A DNA stretch of 64,000 nucleotides from the IMG/VR virus record IMGVR_UViG_3300045996_002451, positions 147,172 to 211,171 of that record; one strand, written 5' to 3'. This document shows positions 46,137 through 54,510 of this stretch, one piece after another. Within the stretch, counting starts at the first letter, position 1. Each line of letters starts with the position of its first letter. A program made the translations under genes and the position numbers. The notes below the pieces were generated by a model. It did not search any database. It saw only the letters and a program-made list of their open reading frames with translations, and had not been told where the DNA came from. This DNA is from a virus. Taxonomy: Duplodnaviria; Heunggongvirae; Uroviricota; Caudoviricetes.

Positions 46137-46614
46137 GAACACTGGCGTAGAAGGTACCGAGATCAACTTTGAGGTGATCGTGCTGCGCTTCCTGCAGGCG
46201 TGTCAGCAGATCCGGGAGATGGGCACGTACATTCATCACGTCCGCATCCATCCCGACCTGAAGCAAGGGTTTCAAGCAGAGTTGGGACGCGTGCCGGAGG
46301 AGGTCCTACCCTCCGCGATGATTGCCAAGATTCAGATCGAAGAAGATCCCTCTGAAAAAGAGATCCGGATCATCACGGGTAAGGACATCGAACGCATGTA
46401 CCTGGAGCGGCACTTCGGTCCGCGCGAGGAAGGCGGCACGGGAGTCCTGCCCAATCTGATGAACTACCTACAGAAGAACAAGATCCCCGTTACGGTAGAT
46501 CTCCCCTTCCTACGTACCCTCTTTCTTTTGGAGGCCGTGGAACGGATCGACAGTCGGGTAATCACCGCTTCTGCAGGAGCGCTTCCCAACCTCGCCGATT
46601 TGCGTCGGCGATAA
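46126..46614 (+). CDS. Hypothetical protein.
   Basis: ATG at 46126. 162 aa. Followed by a terminator. Confidence 0.35.
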   Translation: MSVENTGVEGTEINFEVIVLRFLQACQQIREMGTYIHHVRIHPDLKQGFQAELGRVPEEVLPSAMIAKIQIEEDPSEKEIRIITGKDIERMYLERHFGPREEGGTGVLPNLMNYLQKNKIPVTVDLPFLRTLFLLEAVERIDSRVITASAGALPNLADLRRR

Positions 46615-46626
46615 CCGACGGTCTTT

Positions 46627-46657
46627 AAGGTCACCTGGAAACGGGTGACCTTTTTTA
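46627..46657 (+). terminator. Rho-independent terminator upstream of the sigma factor gene.
   Basis: AAGGTCACC-tggaaacg-GGTGACCTT followed by TTTTTT. Confidence 0.6.
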
Positions 46658-46662
46658 ACGCT

Positions 46663-47289
46663 ATGGAACCTAAAAGCTGTGCCGATCAGTCCAGCGCTTT
46701 AACCGAGAGTATCGCGCGTTACCAAGCTGGAGACTCGCAGGCGGCTGCCGAGCTGCTCACGTCCTGCGAAGCTTATCTGAACCGCTGGTTCCGACTCCTG
46801 ATCCAGGGAACGTTCACCAAGAACGACACGGAGATCCGCCAGTTTCTAGGGCTGCTTAGCAGTGATCTGGAGCCCGCCCTGGCTGCCAAGAACCTGGCCC
46901 GCCAGTTGCGCTCCTATTCCTCAGCCGATCTACGGCAGGAGGTACGCGCGCTCTTTCTCCAGCTTGCTCTGGAACATGGTGAGATCTACGCGCACTTTCC
47001 GCACCAGCTCAAGGGACGCATCCACGTCCTCCTCGGCGATCCCCTCAACTATCAGGACGAGCTAGGGAACAGCACACCCTTCGGCGCACTGGACGAAGCT
47101 TGGGTACAGGGACAGTGTGGAAACGGGTTCTCGCAGCTTACAGAGCAGCAGAGACGTATTGTGCGCTGCTGCTTCTGGCACGCCTACCCGATTCCCCACA
47201 CGGCGCACATCTTAAAGCTCTCGGTGGAAGAGATCCAGCAAGAACTGGCCACTATCCGGAACGCGTTAAAAGACCTAAACCGACGTTAA
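46663..47289 (+). CDS. Sigma-70-family (ECF-like) sigma factor.
   Basis: Region-2-like 'SIARYQAGDSQAAAELL ... YLNRWFRLL' and region-4 HTH 'LTEQQRRIVRCCFWHAYPIPHTAHILKLSVEEIQQELATIRNALKDL'. The ATG at 46663 follows a terminator. Confidence 0.55.
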   Translation: MEPKSCADQSSALTESIARYQAGDSQAAAELLTSCEAYLNRWFRLLIQGTFTKNDTEIRQFLGLLSSDLEPALAAKNLARQLRSYSSADLRQEVRALFLQLALEHGEIYAHFPHQLKGRIHVLLGDPLNYQDELGNSTPFGALDEAWVQGQCGNGFSQLTEQQRRIVRCCFWHAYPIPHTAHILKLSVEEIQQELATIRNALKDLNRR

Positions 47290-47306
47290 ACAGCTTAAAG
47301 AAACTC

Positions 47307-47343
47307 AGCTAGTGGTGGCCCTAGGGCCACCACTAGCTTTTTG
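47307..47343 (+). terminator. Rho-independent terminator.
   Basis: A 32-bp perfect palindrome AGCTAGTGGTGGCCCTAGGGCCACCACTAGCT followed by TTTTT. Confidence 0.65.
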
Positions 47344-47356
47344 TTACACGGGTAAT
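47343..47356. promoter_or_regulatory. Motif A variant (GTTACACGGGTAAT).
   Basis: Immediately after the 47307 terminator, upstream of the nuclease gene. Confidence 0.4.
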
Positions 47357-47423
47357 TGCGTGAGTCAAGCGAGGGCATCTTCGCTACATTAAAGTAGATG
47401 TAGAGCGCTTGCACTCCCCCAAG

Positions 47424-47432
47424 GGGTAACAT
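47424..47432 (+). promoter_or_regulatory. Motif C (GGGTAACAT) overlapping the TTG at 47432.
   Basis: GGGGTAACATTGAG. Confidence 0.4.
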
Positions 47433-48604
47433 TGAGTAGTAAGCAGCACCACCGGAAACGAGGAATCAGTATGGGTGTACGACTCGCCAAACCAGTCCTG
47501 GACTGGGCAGCCACCGAAGACGTGGCCACCGCGCTTCATCTGGAGCGTGATGTCTCTCCGCGAGACAACAGCTACATCCGCCTTTCCGGGCTCTACCAGT
47601 GTAAGCGTCAGCTCGCGTACCGCGTTAACTGGTTCAAGGAAGGGCGTGAAGAGCTGCCGATGGGTGCGCAGACCCTGGGGATCTTTGACGTCGGTCACGC
47701 GATGCACTACCACCTACAGATGCGGCTGTCCAAGCACGGAACGCTGGGTTGGGTGGACGCAGATCCGGTGATCGCTGAAAACGCGGACGGGAAGAAGCGC
47801 CTGGACTGGGAAGGAAACTTCGAAGTCTCCCTGATCGACCATGAGTACCGGGTGCGAGGTACGTTGGACTGTCTGACGTATCCGCTGCTCCTGAAGACCG
47901 TGGAGCGCGATGGTCAGACGTTCGAGACGTACGAGGTTGTGCCAGAAGGTACGGAAGGTGCCAAACGGTACATCATCGACATCAAGACGTGTTCAGCACG
48001 CGACACGTGGAAGGTCAACAAGAAAACGGGGAACCTGGAACGTAAGCCTTCCGGTTTCGAAAAGCTGGAGGCGCCTAAGCCGGAGCACGTGACTCAGGCC
48101 ATGATGTATAGCTGGATGGTGACCCGTCCGAACTTCTCGACGGAGCGCGAACCCAAGCCCCTGGCCGTGATGCCAGACGTCATGATCCTGTACGTGGCGA
48201 AGGACGTACCACCTGATTACTACTCTCGCTATCCCGAGATGTACCCCGAGGACAAGCGCCTGCTCCACTCGCCGTACAAGATCTTCCGGGTAGCGGCAGA
48301 CATGGTGCGGGTGAACACCGCCCTGACCAAGGTGAACTCGGTCTGGTCAGACCTGGATAACAACCGTCTTCCGAGTCGTGATTATCAACACCGGGTGGAC
48401 TGGCCTGCGTATCCTTGCCTTGATTGTGGCTTCCGCAAGGAGTGCTACTCCGAAGAAGGTTTCTTCAAAGCGGATCCTGAAGACTACCCGCTGCGCGTCC
48501 TTTACCGACGTGAACAGCTTCTGGAGCAAATCGATGCCCGCAAAACCGCAGACGCTCAAGATGGTACGAACGGTGGCGGAGGTAGCAGTCTACCAATTGG
48601 GTAA
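47432..48604 (+). CDS. RecB-family / Cas4-like PD-(D/E)xK exonuclease with a C-terminal Cys cluster.
   Basis: 'GIFDVGHAMHYHLQ', 'IDHEYRVRGTLDCL', 'YIIDIKT' (D-x-K), the 'QAMMY' (QxxxY) motif, and C-terminal 'CLDCGFRKEC'. TTG at 47432 or ATG at 47472. Confidence 0.5.
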   Translation: MSSKQHHRKRGISMGVRLAKPVLDWAATEDVATALHLERDVSPRDNSYIRLSGLYQCKRQLAYRVNWFKEGREELPMGAQTLGIFDVGHAMHYHLQMRLSKHGTLGWVDADPVIAENADGKKRLDWEGNFEVSLIDHEYRVRGTLDCLTYPLLLKTVERDGQTFETYEVVPEGTEGAKRYIIDIKTCSARDTWKVNKKTGNLERKPSGFEKLEAPKPEHVTQAMMYSWMVTRPNFSTEREPKPLAVMPDVMILYVAKDVPPDYYSRYPEMYPEDKRLLHSPYKIFRVAADMVRVNTALTKVNSVWSDLDNNRLPSRDYQHRVDWPAYPCLDCGFRKECYSEEGFFKADPEDYPLRVLYRREQLLEQIDARKTADAQDGTNGGGGSSLPIG

Positions 48605-48926
48605 CTGCGCGGACCCGAGCTGCAATGCGCCGCTGATCCCTGCAATGAAGCAGATGCTCTTCGTGATCTCGGAGAGCACCTGCATGGGCTTCTGTGATCG
48701 CGAATGCTACCTGTCGGGGCATCAGGCCTTACTGGAACGCTATGAAGCGAGTAAGGCCGTAGAGAAGACAGACATGCTCAGCGGACTGGGTTACGATGAG
48801 CACAAGCCGGAACCGGTCGGTGAAAACGAAGGGTTAGCGGTCAGTCCGAAAGCGGAAGCCGTCGCAGCCAAACCGGTGAAGACCCGTACTCGGAAGGTGA
48901 AGAAGCCTACCACAGAAGGCACCTAA
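48561..48926 (+). CDS. Cys-rich hypothetical protein. Start uncertain.
   Basis: 'CADPSCNAP ... CMGFCDRECY'. The last + strand gene before the convergent terminator. It overlaps the upstream gene for any candidate start before 48646. Confidence 0.3.
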   Translation: MVRTVAEVAVYQLGNCADPSCNAPLIPAMKQMLFVISESTCMGFCDRECYLSGHQALLERYEASKAVEKTDMLSGLGYDEHKPEPVGENEGLAVSPKAEAVAAKPVKTRTRKVKKPTTEGT

Positions 48927-48951
48927 ACCCGGCGAGCAAACGAAAATAAGC

Positions 48952-48984
48952 GGCACCCCTCCGAATCAGGAGGGGTGCCTTTTT
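48952..48984. terminator. Bidirectional rho-independent terminator at the convergence of the + and - arms.
   Basis: GGCACCCCTCC-gaatca-GGAGGGGTGCC with TTTTT downstream and AAAATAAG upstream, which reads as a T-run on the - strand. Confidence 0.65.
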
Positions 48985-49193
48985 ATTGGTCAGACACTCA
49001 AGGCTTTTGCGGATGCAGTAGACCGGTCCACCGACACGACTGACAGTTCCAGCGACCGTGTTTAGGTGGTAGGGACGTCCGCAGCGTCTTTTTCAAGGTA
49101 GCCGCAGACGTGGCTACTTGCATCTTTACACTCTGGCAGCGCGGGCACTCCGGCCAACCATCCCCATTCCAGGTGGTGGTGAGCCGTTCTTCT

Positions 49194-49574
49194 TTAGGTT
49201 TGGCCATGGGGCTCAACCGGCTCAGGCAGCATGCTGGCGTCCAGTACCGCGTCTACGTAGGCGCCGATACTCTCTGCCAAGCTACGACTCCGGGGGTCTG
49301 CCGAGGCGCTGGCCAATACGTGTAGGCCTTTTTCGCGGACTTGCTTCAAAGTCGTGTGCAGCGTGTTCATGTTACGCCGGACCAACTGCAGCTCGTCCGT
49401 CACACGAACTAGCTCTAACGCCGCGCGCGGTGCGGTCTTCTGCAACAGAAAGTATTTTTGCGTACGCTCGACGGCTTCCCCGTGTGCGATCCGCAACTCT
49501 CCGGCCAACGTGTCCCGTTCAGCGCGCAGCGCGTCCAGCTCGGCTTGCAAAGACTCCAGGGTAGGTTCCGACAT
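49194..49574 (-). CDS. Hypothetical coiled-coil protein.
   Basis: An ATG at 49574 is preceded by AAGGAG. 'LESLQAELDALRAERDTLAGELR' is coiled-coil-like. Confidence 0.4.
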   Translation of the reverse strand: MSEPTLESLQAELDALRAERDTLAGELRIAHGEAVERTQKYFLLQKTAPRAALELVRVTDELQLVRRNMNTLHTTLKQVREKGLHVLASASADPRSRSLAESIGAYVDAVLDASMLPEPVEPHGQT

Positions 49575-49578
49575 AGGG

Positions 49579-49956
49579 CTACTCCTTCTTCTTACTCCGC
49601 CGCGCCTGTTCTTCCAGAATGATCTTACGGATGGACTTGGCGGCATCCTTCACGTTGCCGTAATGGCTGACCAGCCCGTCGAAGTCCGCCATAAGTTGGA
49701 CCCGTTCCAGGTTCTCGTTCAACGGCTTCTGCGGAAAGTGAATGCCGTTCTCGGCATACTTCCAGTCTTCCAGATGACCCACCAGGCAGCGCGCGCCTGC
49801 GGCGTTGACGAACTTTCCCTCGACCCAGTGTTCGGGTCGGGTAATCACGATGCGCGCGAGCACCTCATCGGACAGCTTCTTCACCGCGGCGGTAATCCGG
49901 CTCAATCGTTCAGAAGCAGTGGGCTCAGTGTAGCCCTTAGTTGCACCCCAGGCCAT
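49579..49956 (-). CDS. Hypothetical protein.
   Basis: An ATG at 49956 is preceded by AAGGAAG. Confidence 0.4.
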   Translation of the reverse strand: MAWGATKGYTEPTASERLSRITAAVKKLSDEVLARIVITRPEHWVEGKFVNAAGARCLVGHLEDWKYAENGIHFPQKPLNENLERVQLMADFDGLVSHYGNVKDAAKSIRKIILEEQARRSKKKE

Positions 49957-49960
49957 GGTA

Positions 49961-50374
49961 TTATCTCTTCCTTTTTTGTTGCCCTTTGATGTACGGGGCA
50001 CGGTCGTCCAGCTCAGTGAAGACAAAGCTGCAGTGATGACAACTGGTGTTCGCTTTCAAGATCTGATGCTTGCAGACAGGGCACTGTTTCTCGGCACTTG
50101 CGGTCATCCGAGAGCCTTCTTGGCTAAGCCAGGTCGAGGTTTCCCTGTCCCTGGCTAGTTGGATCCGCTGACTAACATCTCCGCTGTAGTGCCGTTTCAT
50201 CCGTTCTTGATAGGTCTGCTTCGGCTCGATTGCTTTGATAACGTGCTGCTGCAAGTACGTGAACTTTTCCCCGCACTCCGGACTGTGGTGGGTGATCTCG
50301 ACGTCCAACAGGTAGATCCAAATCTCCTGGAGACAGAAGGGGCAACGTACCAACCAACGAAGTTTGTCTGCCAT
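49961..50374 (-). CDS. Zinc-ribbon protein.
   Basis: 'CPFC ... HHSPEC' and 'CPVCKH ... CHHC' knuckles. Confidence 0.4.
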   Translation of the reverse strand: MADKLRWLVRCPFCLQEIWIYLLDVEITHHSPECGEKFTYLQQHVIKAIEPKQTYQERMKRHYSGDVSQRIQLARDRETSTWLSQEGSRMTASAEKQCPVCKHQILKANTSCHHCSFVFTELDDRAPYIKGQQKRKR

Positions 50375-50379
50375 AGGAT

Positions 50380-50772
50380 CTAGACTTCAGGTCGAGGCGG
50401 GGACTTACTGGGACCTTCGGCCCCGACCATCGCGATCCTCGATATCAAGCTGGAAAAGAAGGGATGTTCGTCCATGCCATTCTGCTCGGTCCAATCGATC
50501 AGCTCCCCGAAAAGTGCGTAGTAGTCCCGCTCGCGCAGTTCGTACGCCAGGTTCGCCTTTTCGAGGTAGTCCAGTGAGCGCTGCTGGCGAGCTACTAGCT
50601 CCAACAAGAAGACGACGTCTCGATCGTAGAAGTCGACGTAGTCATATTTTTTCCACCGGCTCCGCGTGGGTAGGTTCTTTTCGATCCACGCCAGGCGCGT
50701 CGCGATCTCTTCTTCGACGAACCAGTGCCACTTTCTTTTGGACTTGGCCTGCTTCTTCTTTTTCTTAGCCAT
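50380..50772 (-). CDS. Hypothetical protein with a Lys-rich N-terminus.
   Basis: 'MAKKKKKQAKSKRK ...'. GGAGGA RBS. Follows a - strand terminator and a motif A site. Confidence 0.4.
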   Translation of the reverse strand: MAKKKKKQAKSKRKWHWFVEEEIATRLAWIEKNLPTRSRWKKYDYVDFYDRDVVFLLELVARQQRSLDYLEKANLAYELRERDYYALFGELIDWTEQNGMDEHPFFSSLISRIAMVGAEGPSKSPPRPEV

Positions 50773-50803
50773 TAGCTCGTCCTCCAGGTAAGTATAGTAG
50801 GTT

Positions 50804-50835
50804 CAAAAAGAGGGAGGCTCAATTGAGCCTCCCTC
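50804..50835 (-). terminator. Rho-independent terminator on the - strand.
   Basis: GAGGGAGGCTC-aatt-GAGCCTCCCTC. The plus-strand AAAAA at 50805-50809 reads as a T-run on the - strand. Confidence 0.6.
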
Positions 50836-50842
50836 GGTGGGT

Positions 50843-50856
50843 GTTACCCGTGTAAC
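50843..50856. promoter_or_regulatory. Motif A (GTTACCCGTGTAAC).
   Basis: Between the SPFH gene stop and the - strand terminator. Confidence 0.5.
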
Positions 50857-50859
50857 CGG

Positions 50860-51717
50860 TTAGCGCAGTTGAATGTTGGTGAACGGGATCCCGGGAGTAC
50901 CGACCCGCGGCACTTCGCCGCCCGCCTTCTTCCACTTCTCGATCGCCAGTTTGCGCAGCTCCAGCTTTTTGATCTTGATCGCAGTGCTGCCGCTCTGGGA
51001 ACCCAGCAACCGGTTTTGTTCGGCTTGCTGCTGGGCCTTGATCAGGATGGTCTGGGCTTCCTGCTCGGCACGCTTCTGCTCGGCCTGCGCGTTACCCAGT
51101 TCTTGCCGGGCTTCGAGGCGTTCCTTGATACGAGCTTCGATCTCATTGGGGCGCCGCATGTCCTGGATGTACAGGTTGTCCAGGGTAAAGCCGGACTCAC
51201 TCATCGATGCACGCAAGGCGGACTGAGCCTGGTCGCCGAAGAGGGCCTTCTTGTTGGCCACGATCTCGGCGAAACTCATCTTGGTGGCGGCGTTGACCAT
51301 CGCTTCCTGGGTAAAAACCAGAAGGATCTCGTGGAACTTGCTCATGTCCGCGGTGCCGAAGGTCTCAAAGACGCGCACGGCGTTGGACTTATCCACGTGA
51401 AACGCGACAGTGGTGTCCACCTCGATCGGGACACCCTCCTGGGTGACCACCACGATGGCGTCCCCTTCGGCGTCCGACTCGTCCACCTTCTTCTGGGCGA
51501 AGCTAACGTTGATCGTCTTGGTGGGGAAGTCCTCTACCCGCTCCTGGTCCAGCGGGTTGACGCTGACCACGCTCGGCTCGAGCGGTTGGGAGTTAATCCC
51601 GGTGCGCCCGTTGTACTTGATCCCCACATGGGAGGGCGGGATCTGGTGACAGCCGGAGGTGAACCCCAGGACGATCAGGGCGCCGAGCCCGCAGAGCACG
51701 TTTTTCCAGTTCTTCAT
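50860..51717 (-). CDS. SPFH / Band-7 (prohibitin / HflC-like) protein with a signal peptide and possible lipobox.
   Basis: N-terminal 'LCGLGALIVLGFTSGC'. The SPFH core is followed by a long Ala/Gln/Glu-rich coiled coil 'EARIKERLEARQELGNAQAEQKRAEQEAQ'. Confidence 0.6.
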   Translation of the reverse strand: MKNWKNVLCGLGALIVLGFTSGCHQIPPSHVGIKYNGRTGINSQPLEPSVVSVNPLDQERVEDFPTKTINVSFAQKKVDESDAEGDAIVVVTQEGVPIEVDTTVAFHVDKSNAVRVFETFGTADMSKFHEILLVFTQEAMVNAATKMSFAEIVANKKALFGDQAQSALRASMSESGFTLDNLYIQDMRRPNEIEARIKERLEARQELGNAQAEQKRAEQEAQTILIKAQQQAEQNRLLGSQSGSTAIKIKKLELRKLAIEKWKKAGGEVPRVGTPGIPFTNIQLR

Positions 51718-52640
51718 TAGTTTCCTCCCACGGCCACTGCGGCCTCGCCGACGACTACCGAGACGCCCTTACCACTGGGCACATCCGGGAAGCGCCCGTT
51801 CCAGGCGTCGATCGCCGCTTCGTCAATTTCCAAGCTCATCATTTCCAGCGAAGCGCTGTGGGTCTTCGTGGCGGTCATCTCCCGGGCCTTGGCCTGGGCG
51901 TTGGCGGTAATGAGCGCCGTCTTGCGCTCGATCTCCGCCTGCTCCTTGTGCGTCTTGGCGATCTCCGTACCGGTCATGATGTTGACCCGCTGGTTGATCT
52001 TGGTCTGCACGTTAGCATCCGGGTAGGGACGCAGGAAGAAGGCACGGTAGATGGTGATCCCCTTGCTCTCGAGTTTCTTCTTGAGGTTCAGGGTAAGCTT
52101 CTTGCCCGCGTCTTCCAGGGCCGGGGCGATTAACGTCTGCGCATCATACTCCGGACCGATGTCGTTCGCGGCATCCTGCAGCGCCCGGCGAATGTGCTGG
52201 CTCTGGATCGTCCGGATATCCGCTTTGCCGAAGTTGGCAAAGACGGTACCGAGCTTATCCGGATCGATGTGGTAAAGCACGCCGACATCAAAGAGAGTGG
52301 ACGCGGTGTCCGAGGTGGTGATGCGCACCGCGTCGGCCTGCTTCAGATCGCCGACCCGAGCATCCTGGGTGTAGAGGGCGAGCTGCGGCTTCGTGGGGAA
52401 CGTGTACAACTCATACATCGGCGCCACGTAGTGACGTCCGGGCTTGAAGATCTTCACGGTACCGTCCGGGTTGATCACCAGACCGTTCTTGGTGTTTGCG
52501 CCTGCACGGGCGCTGTACATCACCCCGACTTCACCGGCGTCTACCCGGGTCCCGGTGAAGAACCACACGCCCCAGACCACCACAATGACCGCCAAGGCGG
52601 CGATCAGGGCACATCCTACGTTGCTTGATTTACTGGACAT
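51717..52640 (-). CDS. SPFH / Band-7 (HflK-like) membrane protein.
   Basis: N-terminal TM 'CALIAALAVIVVVWGVWFF'. SPFH-type core with a C-terminal coiled coil 'EQAEIERKTALITANAQAKARE'. Confidence 0.6.
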   Translation of the reverse strand: MSSKSSNVGCALIAALAVIVVVWGVWFFTGTRVDAGEVGVMYSARAGANTKNGLVINPDGTVKIFKPGRHYVAPMYELYTFPTKPQLALYTQDARVGDLKQADAVRITTSDTASTLFDVGVLYHIDPDKLGTVFANFGKADIRTIQSQHIRRALQDAANDIGPEYDAQTLIAPALEDAGKKLTLNLKKKLESKGITIYRAFFLRPYPDANVQTKINQRVNIMTGTEIAKTHKEQAEIERKTALITANAQAKAREMTATKTHSASLEMMSLEIDEAAIDAWNGRFPDVPSGKGVSVVVGEAAVAVGGN

Positions 52641-52861
52641 TAGTTTCCTTTTCCGAACCGAGCTTGAAGGTCCTGCTCGATTTCTTGGTGTGCGCGCTGT
52701 TTCAACTCGGCGTCCAGCGCCGCGCGCTGACGTTTTTCCTCATCCTCTTGGGAGAGGCGCTGCCAGTCCTGCTTGATCCGTCTCCACACGCGCGCCGCGG
52801 TGAAGCCGAGCACTAAGCCCAGGATCAGCAGTAAAAACATGTTCAGCCAGATTGCTGTCAT
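52640..52861 (-). CDS. Small single-TM protein co-encoded with the SPFH pair, an NfeD-like accessory candidate.
   Basis: 'IWLNMFLLLILGLVLGF' TM segment then a charged coiled coil. ATGT/ATGA overlaps on both sides. Confidence 0.4.
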   Translation of the reverse strand: MTAIWLNMFLLLILGLVLGFTAARVWRRIKQDWQRLSQEDEEKRQRAALDAELKQRAHQEIEQDLQARFGKGN

Positions 52862-54510
52862 TCTTGGTCCTTGTGATTTCTCACCGCGTCCAGGAACGCG
52901 TTGAACAGGGGGTGCGCTGCCTCGAACTGACTCTTGTACTCGGGGTGGTACTGGACACCGACAAAGAAAGGATGCACGGATGGATCCAGCTCAACCGCAT
53001 CGTACGTATCTCGACCATTGTCCTTGGCCATCGCAGAGATGGTCAAGCCTCCCTCGATCAGTTTTGGCGCATACTCCGGGTTCAGTTGGTACCGGTGCCG
53101 GTAGCGCTCTTGCACGACTTCCCCTTCGATGTAGATCTCCTGAAGGCGCGTCCCGGACCCAAAGGCCACCGAGACGTTTCCCTTACGTAAGGCACCCCGA
53201 ATATCGGTGGAGGAGAAGCGTTGGATAACCACCGGATGCGGCGTCTTCGGATCGATCTCCGTACTGTTTGCCCCGGCCAGGGCCAGCACGTTTTGCGCGT
53301 ACTCGACCACCGCCATCTGGAACCCATAGCAGAGTCCCAGGTAAGGCAGCTTCTTTTCTCGCGCGTAACGGATCGCACGGATCTTACCGTCGGCGCCGCG
53401 GCTGCCCCACCCCTGCGGGATGATCACCCCGTCGCAGTACTTCATGGTGGTCTCGAAGCTTTCAGGATCTTGTTCGATCCCTTCCGCATCGATCCATTCT
53501 ACCAGGACCCGCACGCCGGTATGCGTCTCAGAGTGCTTCAGCGCCTCAATGACGGACACGTAGCTATCGGGAAGCTGGTAGTCGCCGGAACCGAGGTACT
53601 TGGCCACGATGCCGATGCGAACGGCGGCGCCCTCTCCGTTCAAGAGGAGATTGACCCGCTTCTTCCAGTTCGCTAACTTGGGCCGGGCAATGACCGTAAC
53701 CCCCAGGCGCTTCAGTAGTTTCTGCGCGAACTTCTGCTCTTCGAACAAGAGCGGCACCTGGTAGATGGTCTTCACGTCCGGGGCCAGGATGATCTCATCC
53801 TCACGCAGGTGCGTGTTGGCTGCGATCTTCTCCTTGCGCACCCCGTCTACCACGTACTTAGCGGCGGAACGAAGCACCAGGAAATCCGGCTGGATCCCCG
53901 CATCATAAAGCTGGCGAATGGAGAGCTGTACCGGTTTGCTCTTCATCTCGCCCAGGCTCTCGATGTACGGCAGGTACGCCACGTGAACGTGCGCCACCCG
54001 TCCGGGATGCTTCTTGGTCATCATCCGCGCAGCTTCCAGGAAGACCTGGATCTGGTACTCACCCACCGTGCCGCCAAACTCGCAGATGACGAAGTCGGCT
54101 TCATGGTGTTTCCCGCAGGCTTCCACGCGGCGGATGACCGCCTCGGGCACGTGGGGTACCATCTCCAAGGTCTTCCCGCCGAAGGCGTGGGAGCGCTCCT
54201 CATCCATGATCTCGCGAAGCACGCTGCCCATCGTGAGGTAGTTGTGGGCCGTCGTGTCTTCACCGATGAAGCGCTCGTAGTGTCCCAGGTCTTGGTCGGT
54301 CTCGAGCCCGTCCGAAGTGACAAACACTTCGCCGTGCTCCACCGGGTTCATCGTGCCTGCATCGCCATTCAAGTACGCGTCGGCTTTCATGCAAGCCACG
54401 GAATAACCGCGCGTCCGAAGTAGCGTGCCAAGGGAAGCAGCCACGATCCCCTTACCCAGACCGGAGATCACGCCTCCGGAAATGAAAATGTAACGTGTGT
54501 GGTTAGCCAT
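52858..54510 (-). CDS. pyrG: CTP synthase.
   Basis: N-terminal 'TRYIFISGGVISGLGKGI' is the canonical PyrG start. The GATase domain has 'LGLCYGFQMAVVEYA' and 'YHPEY'. 550 aa. Confidence 0.85.
   Translation of the reverse strand: MANHTRYIFISGGVISGLGKGIVAASLGTLLRTRGYSVACMKADAYLNGDAGTMNPVEHGEVFVTSDGLETDQDLGHYERFIGEDTTAHNYLTMGSVLREIMDEERSHAFGGKTLEMVPHVPEAVIRRVEACGKHHEADFVICEFGGTVGEYQIQVFLEAARMMTKKHPGRVAHVHVAYLPYIESLGEMKSKPVQLSIRQLYDAGIQPDFLVLRSAAKYVVDGVRKEKIAANTHLREDEIILAPDVKTIYQVPLLFEEQKFAQKLLKRLGVTVIARPKLANWKKRVNLLLNGEGAAVRIGIVAKYLGSGDYQLPDSYVSVIEALKHSETHTGVRVLVEWIDAEGIEQDPESFETTMKYCDGVIIPQGWGSRGADGKIRAIRYAREKKLPYLGLCYGFQMAVVEYAQNVLALAGANSTEIDPKTPHPVVIQRFSSTDIRGALRKGNVSVAFGSGTRLQEIYIEGEVVQERYRHRYQLNPEYAPKLIEGGLTISAMAKDNGRDTYDAVELDPSVHPFFVGVQYHPEYKSQFEAAHPLFNAFLDAVRNHKDQE

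Noticed and set aside
50869-51720. 283-aa + strand ORF.
   Set aside because: Antisense to the SPFH gene, which has a coherent signal peptide, SPFH core and coiled coil. The + ORF translation is Leu/Gly/Asp-rich with no features.
53809-54423. 204-aa + strand ORF.
   Set aside because: Antisense within CTP synthase, whose identity is unambiguous.
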